From positions 544,001-608,000 of the forward strand of contig CAWDTA010000002.1 in assembly GCA_963805085.1 (NCBI GenBank): 64,000 nt of DNA. Reading direction: 5' to 3'. Positions 15,470-24,786 of the stretch are shown in pieces (position 1 is the stretch's first letter; each line of letters starts with the position of its first letter). Made by a program: the position numbers and the translations under genes. This DNA comes from an uncultured Veillonellaceae bacterium (GTDB taxonomy: Bacteria; Bacillota; Negativicutes; JARBTT01). The notes below the pieces were generated by a model, which did no database searches, had not been told where the DNA came from, and saw only the letters and a program-made list of their open reading frames with translations.

Positions 15470-16846
15470 TTATAGACCAAGCACGCCGAAGAATACGTAG
15501 CAAAGGATGGCACCAACCACCGACATCGAGAATCCCCAGATTAATAAGTGTCGGAACATCTTGCCTTTATCTTCTTTATCATCCGCACAAGCAATACAAA
15601 TTGCGCCGAAAAGTGACAGTGGCGAAGTATCAACCATGTGAGAACCAACATTGATCGAGGAAATCATCGAGATGGCATTCCCGCCACCCAATTGATCAAT
15701 CAAACCTGGTACAAGTGGTAAGAACATCGGCATAACTACGCCAGAGGAACTTGAATATGCAGAAATAATACCGGTTACTAACGCCAATATCCCATTGACG
15801 CTAACTGGATTCGATACAGCGGCAATGATACCTACAAGAGCATTTAATCCGCCTGCTTTATCCATAACATCAATCAAGATTCCCATACCACCTACCATGA
15901 TAATAACAGACCATGGAATGGACTCAACAGCAGCTTTACTGTCACCAGCATTGAAGATCAAAAGAATCGTGGAAAGGATGAAAGCGACAGCACCTACATT
16001 TGTTGATTTACCCGTTCCAATCATATTCATGATTTCTGGCGAAAACAAGCCTTTTGTCACTGACAAACTTGGAAGAATAACTAAGAGAATTAAGACCCCA
16101 ATACAACCTAATGTTAGCCATTGTTTTCTATCAAAAGGCTCTGGTTTTGGTGCAATGTCATCAATACTCAAGGTAGAGTGACGTTGATTTTTGATCCATG
16201 CCCAACCACCAAGAGCGAGGAAACCACCAACATTCCCGGCAACTTGCGCAATTTCGGAATTTAAGTGAACTTTCCATGCCAAGAGATTCAAATCACCCAA
16301 ATGCTGTCCCATTGCTTCTAGTTGTGGTACCATTTTGGCAATAAAAGAGTTCGCAATAATCCCAGTAGGAGCAATAGGAGAGAAAGCCGCACCATTTGCC
16401 GCCCCTACCACAAGTAGAGTCATCAAGAATGCACTCATACCAATACGACTCGCAATGGCCATAACTACTGGAGCCATAAGTGTTACAGTCGCTATGTTAC
16501 CAGGACCAATGGTTGTTATAATGGTAATTAAAACAAAGATAATTAAAGGAATTAATGCCGTGTTACCTTTTGCCAGCCGTATTGCATTGGCTGTAAGTTT
16601 CTCCATGGTTCCATTGGTAGTCGCAATCCCAAAAAGGAAAGTTACACCTGTTAACACCATGAATAAGTCCAGTGGCCAAGCCTGCATAATCTTGACTGCT
16701 GAAAGATTTGCAAACATGGAGCCTATGCCAATAGCAAATGCAATGGCAACAATACCAACATTAAGATCTTCATTGTACATGGATATCCCAACTACAATGA
16801 CAACGCCAATGAGTGAAGCAATAGCTGCAGTAGACATTTCTAACAT
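15470..16846 (-). CDS. SLC13/CitMHS-like (ion transporter superfamily) dicarboxylate transporter
   Basis: Multi-TM protein; FSPIAPTG, SSSSGVVMP and SPLSLFGA motifs. Confidence 0.8.
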   Translation of the reverse strand: MLEMSTAAIASLIGVVIVVGISMYNEDLNVGIVAIAFAIGIGSMFANLSAVKIMQAWPLDLFMVLTGVTFLFGIATTNGTMEKLTANAIRLAKGNTALIPLIIFVLITIITTIGPGNIATVTLMAPVVMAIASRIGMSAFLMTLLVVGAANGAAFSPIAPTGIIANSFIAKMVPQLEAMGQHLGDLNLLAWKVHLNSEIAQVAGNVGGFLALGGWAWIKNQRHSTLSIDDIAPKPEPFDRKQWLTLGCIGVLILLVILPSLSVTKGLFSPEIMNMIGTGKSTNVGAVAFILSTILLIFNAGDSKAAVESIPWSVIIMVGGMGILIDVMDKAGGLNALVGIIAAVSNPVSVNGILALVTGIISAYSSSSGVVMPMFLPLVPGLIDQLGGGNAISMISSINVGSHMVDTSPLSLFGAICIACADDKEDKGKMFRHLLIWGFSMSVVGAILCYVFFGVLGL

Positions 16847-16925
16847 AGAAGGATCCCTCCTTGTGTTATTATTTTTATTTCAGCGAAAAACCTTGTTCCA
16901 AATAATTTTTACCGTTTCTTTTTTA

Positions 16926-17060
16926 TTACTCTTCATCTTCACCAGCTGGAAAAGCCTTATGAAGTAATTTGGTTGCCGCCATAAATATGGCAATTACAAA
17001 AAACATTGTCGGTAGCGCAATTCCCATCATGGTGATTGCTTTTACAGTTGCTTCTTCCAT
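16926..17060 (-). CDS. OadG-related small membrane subunit (44 aa)
   Basis: Below the ORF-track cutoff. MEEATVKAITMMGIALPTMFFVIAIFMAATKLLHKAFPAGEDEE; GAGGTG RBS right after the beta subunit. Confidence 0.8.
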   Translation of the reverse strand: MEEATVKAITMMGIALPTMFFVIAIFMAATKLLHKAFPAGEDEE

Positions 17061-17076
17061 TTGTAACACCTCACTT

Positions 17077-18234
17077 TTATTTTGTTAACGCAGGTATAAG
17101 TGCTAGTACTAAACCACCAGCTACAACTGAGGCTACTTGTCCAGCTACATTAACGCCGATCGCGTGCTGAATAATAAAGTTGGTTGGATCTTCTTTTAAT
17201 GCCATTTTAGCAATAACCCGACCTGACATCGGGAATGCAGAGATACCACACGCACCAATCATTGGGTTGATTTTATTTGTACTGAACATATTTAATAATT
17301 TTGCAAACAATACGCCGCCTGCAGTATCAAAAACGAAGGCAACTGCACCAAGTACCATAATCATTCCTACTTGTGTAGTTAAGAAAGTATCAGCAGCCAT
17401 CGTGCCTCCAATCGTAATACCAAGTAGTAAAGTCACTAAATTTGCCAACTCATTTTGAGCGCAATTGGAAAGATTATCAACAACACCCGATACCTTTAGA
17501 AGGTTACCAAACATTAAACTACCAATAAGTGCAACCGATATAGGAGCTACTATGCCGGAGATAAGAACGATCATAATTGGAAATAAGAATTTCGTAGTTT
17601 GTGAAACTGGTTCTTCGTCCGAATAACCCATTTTAATCTTACGTTCCGCTTCTGTTGTCAAAGCCTTAATAACCGGTGGCTGAATAACAGGAACTAAGGA
17701 CATATAAGAATAAGCTGCAACGGATAATGGACCAAGTAACTCTTGGGCAAATCGACTCGCCACATAAATTGTCGTAGGACCATCAGCTGCGCCGATAATA
17801 CCAATAGAAGCAGCATGCTCAAAAGAGAAGCCCATCAGCGTTGCAAAAATTACAGTTGCAAAAATACCAAATTGAGCCGCAGCAGCGAATAACATGACAA
17901 TCGGGCGTCGAATGAGTGGAGTAAAGTCACACATAGCGCCAATCGCAATAAAGATTAATACTGGAAATAATTCATTCGCTATACCCGCTTTGTATAAAAC
18001 CCATAAGAACCCTTCTTCCCCAACGACTTGTGAAATTGCTGAAGAATGTGGAATATTAGCTAACAGGGCACCAAACCCAATCGGTAACAGTAAAGCAGGC
18101 TCATAATCTTTTTTTACTGCCAGATAGATTAATAAAGCACCAATCGCCCACATGACAACGTGTTTCCAGCTTAGACCAATGAATCCCATGAGTAGTTCAT
18201 CTAGCCAAGGATACTGTAATATTAAAGATTCCAT
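17077..18234 (-). CDS. mmdB: Na+-translocating decarboxylase beta subunit
   Basis: EPALLLPIGFG, IGIIGAADGPT, AAYSYMSLVP and GISAFPM motifs. Confidence 0.93.
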   Translation of the reverse strand: MESLILQYPWLDELLMGFIGLSWKHVVMWAIGALLIYLAVKKDYEPALLLPIGFGALLANIPHSSAISQVVGEEGFLWVLYKAGIANELFPVLIFIAIGAMCDFTPLIRRPIVMLFAAAAQFGIFATVIFATLMGFSFEHAASIGIIGAADGPTTIYVASRFAQELLGPLSVAAYSYMSLVPVIQPPVIKALTTEAERKIKMGYSDEEPVSQTTKFLFPIMIVLISGIVAPISVALIGSLMFGNLLKVSGVVDNLSNCAQNELANLVTLLLGITIGGTMAADTFLTTQVGMIMVLGAVAFVFDTAGGVLFAKLLNMFSTNKINPMIGACGISAFPMSGRVIAKMALKEDPTNFIIQHAIGVNVAGQVASVVAGGLVLALIPALTK

Positions 18235-18316
18235 TATTATTCCTCCTTATGTCGTTTGTAGAAAGCCCCTGCTACGCCTTACCACTTGAGGCTTTTTTGC
18301 AAATTTTGCCTTATTG

Positions 18317-18712
18317 TCAATTACCTATAACCGCCAATACTTGTCCTGGTTTTACGTTTTCATCATTACTTACACTTACAACTTTTATAACACCGTCTAC
18401 CGATGAAGCAATTTCGTTCTGCATTTTCATCGCTTCAAGGAACATCAAAACATCCCCTTTTTGCACTTTGTCTCCGACCTTAATATTTACTTTACTTACC
18501 TTTCCAGGCATTGGCGCTTTAACTGTTGTATCACCAGCAGATACCGGTACTGCAGCTTGTGGTGCAGCCTTAGGCGGTGCTACAGGGGCGGTTATCGCAG
18601 GAGCTGCTGCAACTACCGTTGGAGCCACTGCAGCTATACTGCCACCTGTCTTTTCAACTTCCACCGAATAAGACGTACCGTTAACCGTAATTGTAAGATC
18701 CATTTTATTCAT
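18317..18712 (-). CDS. mmdC: Biotin carboxyl carrier subunit
   Basis: Ala/Pro linker and EAMKM biotinylation motif. Confidence 0.92.
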   Translation of the reverse strand: MNKMDLTITVNGTSYSVEVEKTGGSIAAVAPTVVAAAPAITAPVAPPKAAPQAAVPVSAGDTTVKAPMPGKVSKVNIKVGDKVQKGDVLMFLEAMKMQNEIASSVDGVIKVVSVSNDENVKPGQVLAVIGN

Positions 18713-18728
18713 ATTTAAAGCCTCCTCT

Positions 18729-19010
18729 TTATTTTTTGGCAAATCTGCGGGAATCCATCAATTTTTGTCGCCCTACTTCTGCCCATACATTGCTGATACG
18801 ATTAATTTTAAAACAAACACCAGGATGTTCCGCCGCAAGCACAGCATATGCTGCCGCGGCAATGACAGCCACAATCTCTGGATTTATCTCATTCGATAGC
18901 GTTTGTGCCTCTTCCGTTTGAGCACAATTTTTACTTTCTTTCGCTGTCTCTTTCACTATAACCTTTGGTTTTCCACCGCCAAACAAGAATGAAAAAATCC
19001 CCATATTCAA
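18729..19010 (-). CDS. mmdD: Decarboxylase delta/OadG-like subunit
   Basis: EIVAVIAAA ... W...GR motif between the alpha and biotin subunits. Confidence 0.7.
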   Translation of the reverse strand: MNMGIFSFLFGGGKPKVIVKETAKESKNCAQTEEAQTLSNEINPEIVAVIAAAAYAVLAAEHPGVCFKINRISNVWAEVGRQKLMDSRRFAKK

Positions 19011-19030
19011 CTACACCTCCTTTAAATCAA

Positions 19031-20569
19031 TTACAATGGTATATTCCCATGCTTTTTAGCTGGACGAGTTTCACGTTTTGAGTCGAGCATATTGAGAGAT
19101 GTAATGATATACGTTCTAGTTTGCTGTGGTTCAATAATCACATCAACAAAACCACGTTCAGCTGCTTTATAAGGAGTAGCAAACTCTTTAATATACTCTG
19201 CTGTTTTTTCTGCTACTTGTGCATCGCCTCTAAAAATAATATTCGCTGCACCAGCAGGCCCCATTACTGCAATTTCAGCGCTAGGCCAAGCCAATACTTG
19301 ATCAGCACCAAGATCCTGAGAACACATTGCTAAATACGAACCACCGTAAGCTTTACGTAAAATCACCGTAATCTTTGGTACAGTGGCTTCCGAGTATGCA
19401 TAAAGCATTTTTGCCCCATGTCTGATGATCCCATTAAACTCTTGATCAGTCCCAGGAAGAAAACCAGGAACATCGACTAAATTAACGATAGAGATATGGA
19501 AAGCATCGCAAAATCGAATGAACCTAGCAGCTTTATCCGATGAATTAACATCTAGGCACCCTGCCATTACCTTAGGTTGATTTGCAATAATACCTACCGA
19601 TTTGCCATCAAATCGTGCAAAGCAGGTGATGATATTCTGTGCATAGTGTTCAAGAACTTCACAAAAATCTCCATTGTCGACGATAGATGCTATGACTGCT
19701 TTCATGTCGTAAGGTTGATCTGGGTTATCCGGAATCACTGTGATCAAACTTTCGTCCATACGATTGGCATCATCTGTAGTCTGCATCTGCGGTGCGCTAT
19801 CTAGGTTATTGCTTGGTAGAAAACTGAGGAGACTTCGAATCTGATTCAAACAGTCTTCTTCATTTTCAGCAGCAAAATGTGCTACGCCAGAAATACTGTT
19901 ATGAGCCATAGCCCCACCAAGTTCTTCAGCCGTAACATCTTCGCCTGTAACTGACTTAATCACTTGTGGTCCGGTAATAAACATCTGAGAAGTATTTTTC
20001 ACCATAAAGGTGAAGTCCGTAAGGGCCGGAGAATAAACCGCTCCACCAGCACATGGCCCCATGATTACTGAAATCTGTGGAATGACGCCGGATGCCAATG
20101 TATTTTGGAAAAAGATCTTTCCATAACCGGAAAGTGCATCTACCGCTTCTTGAATACGTGCACCACCAGAGTCATTAATACCAATAATAGGTGCCCCCAT
20201 TTTCATGGCAAGTTTCTGCACTTTGACTATTTTAGCGGCATGCATTTCGCCGAGGGACCCACCAACTACAGTGAAATCTTGGGCAAATACATACACCAAG
20301 CGACCGTCAACGGTACCATACCCTGCTACCACGCCTTCACCAGGAGCTTCTTGTTTTTCCATGCCAAAATTTGTACACCGGTGTGTTACAAAACGGTCAA
20401 GTTCCACGAATGTGTTGGTATCCAATAACTTTTCAATACGCTCACGCGCGGTCATTTTGCCTGAAGCATGTTGCTTTGCAACACGTTTAGCGCCACCACC
20501 TGCCGTGATTTTTTCACTTTTGCTTTGCATGTCTTGGATTTTTTCAAATGTCGTAGACAAGTATTCCAC
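19031..20569 (-). CDS. mmdA: Methylmalonyl-CoA decarboxylase alpha (carboxyltransferase) subunit
   Basis: DSGGARIQE, GPCAGGAVY, DVPGFLPG and KKHGNIPL motifs. Confidence 0.9.
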   Translation of the reverse strand: MEYLSTTFEKIQDMQSKSEKITAGGGAKRVAKQHASGKMTARERIEKLLDTNTFVELDRFVTHRCTNFGMEKQEAPGEGVVAGYGTVDGRLVYVFAQDFTVVGGSLGEMHAAKIVKVQKLAMKMGAPIIGINDSGGARIQEAVDALSGYGKIFFQNTLASGVIPQISVIMGPCAGGAVYSPALTDFTFMVKNTSQMFITGPQVIKSVTGEDVTAEELGGAMAHNSISGVAHFAAENEEDCLNQIRSLLSFLPSNNLDSAPQMQTTDDANRMDESLITVIPDNPDQPYDMKAVIASIVDNGDFCEVLEHYAQNIITCFARFDGKSVGIIANQPKVMAGCLDVNSSDKAARFIRFCDAFHISIVNLVDVPGFLPGTDQEFNGIIRHGAKMLYAYSEATVPKITVILRKAYGGSYLAMCSQDLGADQVLAWPSAEIAVMGPAGAANIIFRGDAQVAEKTAEYIKEFATPYKAAERGFVDVIIEPQQTRTYIITSLNMLDSKRETRPAKKHGNIPL

Positions 20570-20686
20570 CTCCAGCTATCATTTTATCTGCCCTAATGCA
20601 AAATACCCTTTTTACGCCCGCCTCCTATCACTGATTTAATTTATTGATTGATTTAAAAATACACAATATATCGACATTTTACTAGT

Positions 20687-20714
20687 TTATGTAACTTCTA
20701 AAATAATTATGTAA
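20687..20714. promoter_or_regulatory. Phased AT-rich direct repeats, candidate DcuR/MalR sites
   Basis: TTATGTAA (20687), TTCTAAAA (20696), TTATGTAA (20707) upstream of mmdA. Confidence 0.4.
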
Positions 20715-20925
20715 TTAAAGTAAGTGCCAAAAGACAACAAAAGCCGACATCATGGTCGGCTTTTGTTGTCTTTTTTATCGTCATACTGTAGCTATGTTAC
20801 TAAAGCTATTTTAACTTTATGACTTTAAGTAGCAAAGCAGTAACATATATGAGCTCTATTCATCATAAGTTTTAATAGAAAAGCTCAGTAAAAAATCATT
20901 ATATTCTTGAGGAGGTTGCAATATA

Positions 20926-21585
20926 ATGAACGATACACCATTCTATGCGTATAGTAACAAAAAGCTTATCGAAAAATTAGGCAAATTAAAAGACCGAAAC
21001 GTATTACTTCTTTTACTAGATGGTTCTGCTGCATTCGGGCGTATTGGGCGTATTGATGATTGGGTCGTTATCATCCTCCCTGCCCTAGATATCCCCGAGC
21101 TAAACTTTGTTCAATTTCATTCTACTCATCCGTCCCTTGTAGATCATTCTATTTTGACCAGTCAATTATTCATTGACTCTCGCAATGTTGCCCATGTCGT
21201 AGAAGGCCCGTTTACATTCTCTCCCCTTAGCTCTGCAACCATTCCTAATATCTCTAGTGATACAAATGATCAAATAGTAAAAGCAGCAGCAAGTACACCC
21301 ATTCCTGGACGTCAGTATTGTAAATTAGCTGAGGAACTAGAAGAACTAGAAAATCAAAATGCTGCAATCGTAACACTAGGTGGGTGGATCATTGGCGGAA
21401 AGACAGGAAAGACCGACCATGCTTTATCTTGCATCAAGCTAGGAGATGCCCTTTTGCCACCATTGGTTCTCCCTAATACAATAACCATCTTTGGCTCAGC
21501 ATTTCCACTAGAACTAAGGCTAACTTTAAGCACTGCTAAAGTCTGGAGTAATCTAAAAGCTTTAGCCCAAATCATAATACCTTAA
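20926..21585 (+). CDS. Hypothetical protein with two internally repeated domains
   Basis: GAGGAGG RBS; KLIEKL..DGSAAFGRIG resembles KLAEEL..GGWIIGGKTG. Confidence 0.7.
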   Translation: MNDTPFYAYSNKKLIEKLGKLKDRNVLLLLLDGSAAFGRIGRIDDWVVIILPALDIPELNFVQFHSTHPSLVDHSILTSQLFIDSRNVAHVVEGPFTFSPLSSATIPNISSDTNDQIVKAAASTPIPGRQYCKLAEELEELENQNAAIVTLGGWIIGGKTGKTDHALSCIKLGDALLPPLVLPNTITIFGSAFPLELRLTLSTAKVWSNLKALAQIIIP

Positions 21586-21697
21586 CAAAAATGACCTTTG
21601 CATTTTGCCTTTAAGAATATAGAAAAACCGACCTTACGGTCGGTTTCAGGCTGTCGATAAAATAAAAATATTTACATTAATAAATAAAAACAATTTA

Positions 21698-21805
21698 AAT
21701 TCGTACCACTTATAAACTAGTACGAAGATAGGCTGCCGGTTTGCGAGAAGTTCTCAGATGCGTATTTATCGCCGACCCGCGGCCTGTCTGTCCATAGGTT
21801 GAATA
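21698..21805. repeat. Dispersed structured repeat (MITE-like), internally deleted copy
   Basis: TAAACTAGTACGAAGATAGG...CCGCGGCCT.TCTGTCCATAG shared with 47135-47276. Confidence 0.75.
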
Positions 21806-21819
21806 TTTGAATAGCTTAA

Positions 21820-22524
21820 TCATAAATAACGCTGGATAAAATTATTCACAGAATCAATACAGCGATATTTATAAATAGGTCGCCCAACAGTTCCATAGAT
21901 AAGTTCCAATTTCAAAATGCCTATTTGCCGAAGAAATTCTAAATATTTACGCATAGATACACGAGAAACACCGATATATTTCGCCATTTCTTCTGTTGAA
22001 AAAAGACTTTTATCCAGCACCTTTATTTGTTCCCAGACTGCGGTCAACGTATTTCTATCAATGCCTTTTGGCAGTTGCGTAGTCAATGGCTGCTCCTTGT
22101 ACAACATACATTGATCAAGCTCCACTTGGCTTAGATTATCTTGTTCATCCATTAAATTTGCTAAGCCTTTATAAGTTAACAATGCTGTATTTAAGCGCTC
22201 AAATTCAAAGGGTTTAATGATATAATCTACAGCACCAAATTGCAAAGCTTTTTTAATACTTTGCCGATCACATGCCGCTGAAATGACGATAACATCAACA
22301 CCTTTTCCAACTTGTCTAAGTTGCACCAATAAGTCCAAACCAGTCATTCCAGGCATAAAGATATCCAGTAAAATTAGATCAATCTCAACCTTGTCCAATA
22401 GTTCAAATGCTTCATTAGACGAATGAACGATAGCTTCTATTTTAAAACCTTCCACCAATTCTACATAACGACGATTAATTTCCGCTACCATCGGGTCATC
22501 ATCTACAATCATAACGTTAATCAA
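21820..22524 (-). CDS. dcuR: CitB/DcuR/MalR family response regulator
   Basis: REC domain (DDD, LLD, KPF) plus GVSRVSMRKYLEFL..YGTVGRP. Confidence 0.9.
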   Translation of the reverse strand: MINVMIVDDDPMVAEINRRYVELVEGFKIEAIVHSSNEAFELLDKVEIDLILLDIFMPGMTGLDLLVQLRQVGKGVDVIVISAACDRQSIKKALQFGAVDYIIKPFEFERLNTALLTYKGLANLMDEQDNLSQVELDQCMLYKEQPLTTQLPKGIDRNTLTAVWEQIKVLDKSLFSTEEMAKYIGVSRVSMRKYLEFLRQIGILKLELIYGTVGRPIYKYRCIDSVNNFIQRYL

Positions 22525-24127
22525 AATATTCCTCCTTGCTCCAATAGGGAATAATCACTCTAAATAACGCACCGTAACCTATCTCTGAAATAACCGCGAT
22601 TTGCCCACCCAATCGGTCTAAACTTCGCCCAATCAAATACAGACCCTGTCCCCGATTGGCGCCCTTCGTCGAATATCCTTTTGCAAAAATGGCAGTTTGC
22701 TCTTCCGCTTTAATTCCTTGTCCCGTATCACTTACCTCAATAGTCAAGATATCGTTTTCCCAAGAAAAATCGATCTTGATACACTTTGTCGTTGACCCTT
22801 TTATTGCATCTAGCGCATTATTGAGCAAATTCCCGATGATTGTAATTAATTCATGGACTACTTCAGGTTCCGCTGCCTCCGGTAAAAAACTTTCTTCAGA
22901 TACCGTCATCGTTACACCGACTTCTCTAGCTAAACTTAATTTTCCAAAAATAAATCCCGCTAATACAGGGTCTTTAATCTTCCTCACGACAGTGCCAACT
23001 TCAACCTGATAATTACTGGCAATTTGATTTACGTAGTGATTCAACCGATTGTAATATTCCATATGAACCATGCCTTGAATCACATGCAATTTATTCATAA
23101 ATTCATGGGTCTGTGCCCTTAACGCTTCCGCATAAATACTAACACCTACAACCTTTTCCGCCATATTCTTAAATTCCGTTTTATCACGGAAAGTAGCAAT
23201 CGCACCAACAATTTCACCACTCACAATGACGGGAACACGATTTGTTAAAATGATGATTCCATTAACATCCTGCTCTTGATCTAACTCAGATTCTCCTGTT
23301 TCTAAGACTCTTTGTAAGCGCGTATTTGGCACATACTCATCTACTTTTTTTCCCACAGGATTGTCGCGAATACCAGCTTGTCCAAATAGCCGAATAGCTT
23401 CCTCATTGACAATCGTCACCCTTGATTCTTTATCAACGGCCAAAATTCCTTCCCTGACTGAATGTAACATGGCACTACGTTCTTCAAATAATTTTGCAAT
23501 GGCAAAGGGCTCTAAGCCAAATAATATTTTCTTGATTTTCCGCGCCAATATCAAAGAACCCAGTATACCAACCAGCATTCCAACGCCAACGCCAACGTAG
23601 ATTCCGTCTCTACTATTGGCGACTTCTTCTTGTACGCTTTCTGTCATGATGCCAACAAGAACAACGCCAACTTGTCTGCCATCAGGCGCAAATACTGGTG
23701 AAACTGCCCGTAAAGAAGTACCTAGAGAGCCTTTGTTTACGGAAGTAGTTTCTTTGCCTTCAAAGGCAGGATTTATATCATCCTCTTCATAATATTGATC
23801 TATTTTTTCTGGATTCGGATGCGATTTTCGAATCCGATTCATATCCATAACGGTAATGAATCGAACTTCACTTACACTAATAATTTTTTCGGTAAATGCC
23901 TGAATCTCTTTTTCATCTCTTGTTCCGCTTAGAGCTTCTATAATCAATGGACTATTGGCAACGATACGAGCAATTTCAATCGCTTCCTCTGATGCATTTA
24001 ATTGTGCATGTTCAGAAATTTTATCATTAATAATAACATCTGCAACGAGTAAAGCCAGCGCAACCACAATGCAAGCAAATACTGCTATGATCGTCTGTAG
24101 ACTAAACGAAGTCTTCTCTTTTGGCAC
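22517..24127 (-). CDS. dcuS: DcuS/MalK/CitA family sensor histidine kinase
   Basis: RKSHP and GSLG sensor motifs, PAS, LRAQTHEFMNKLH, GNLLNNA. Confidence 0.9.
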   Translation of the reverse strand: MPKEKTSFSLQTIIAVFACIVVALALLVADVIINDKISEHAQLNASEEAIEIARIVANSPLIIEALSGTRDEKEIQAFTEKIISVSEVRFITVMDMNRIRKSHPNPEKIDQYYEEDDINPAFEGKETTSVNKGSLGTSLRAVSPVFAPDGRQVGVVLVGIMTESVQEEVANSRDGIYVGVGVGMLVGILGSLILARKIKKILFGLEPFAIAKLFEERSAMLHSVREGILAVDKESRVTIVNEEAIRLFGQAGIRDNPVGKKVDEYVPNTRLQRVLETGESELDQEQDVNGIIILTNRVPVIVSGEIVGAIATFRDKTEFKNMAEKVVGVSIYAEALRAQTHEFMNKLHVIQGMVHMEYYNRLNHYVNQIASNYQVEVGTVVRKIKDPVLAGFIFGKLSLAREVGVTMTVSEESFLPEAAEPEVVHELITIIGNLLNNALDAIKGSTTKCIKIDFSWENDILTIEVSDTGQGIKAEEQTAIFAKGYSTKGANRGQGLYLIGRSLDRLGGQIAVISEIGYGALFRVIIPYWSKEEYFD

Positions 24128-24316
24128 AGCACTTTCACCCTTCCACAACCTATCCACTATTATTTTATTATTTCTACATACTTTGGTAATATCCTACAAA
24201 AATTCTACTATTCAATTATATTTACCTAAAAAGCGAGCTCTGTTTTGCTAGAATAGGATTTTTCTCATCCTAAGCAAAATAGAGCTCGCTTTACGTCTTC
24301 TGAATTAACATTTGAA

Positions 24317-24529
24317 TTACTTATTGCTTTTTAGCCATTGTATGAATTTCTTCAATTTGCCAGTATTTAAATCGTCGAACGCATGCGGAGCTATTTTGGT
24401 ATGAGGCACTCCACTAGGAATTACCTGCATTCCAAGTAATTCCCTTGCTCTACGTTCAACGCGCTGCGCTTTCTGTAAAATCAGTTTGTTCCAAATACCT
24501 TGTAAAAAAGCTTTCAGAAGGTCTCCCAT
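24317..24529 (-). CDS. Small hypothetical protein
   Basis: 70 aa, GGAGGTG RBS, followed by a long hairpin terminator. Confidence 0.6.
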   Translation of the reverse strand: MGDLLKAFLQGIWNKLILQKAQRVERRARELLGMQVIPSGVPHTKIAPHAFDDLNTGKLKKFIQWLKSNK

Positions 24530-24786
24530 AATTCCACCTCCTTTGTGAATTGAGTAACTTAGTTAATTTCTAACCCGATACCATTTTTTCCTGCTTTTAT
24601 TTCGATTAAATATCTTTGGCTTTATCTAATATATTCAAGGTATCGCCAAATGTGCCTAATTTGCAAAAAAATAAACCTGTTCCGTTCCCCTCTTTATTTC
24701 AAATAAAATTTACAACAAAAATTTTACAGACATTATTATGCAAATAAAAAAGCTGTTACAAATCTCTTTGTAACAACTCTTTCATT

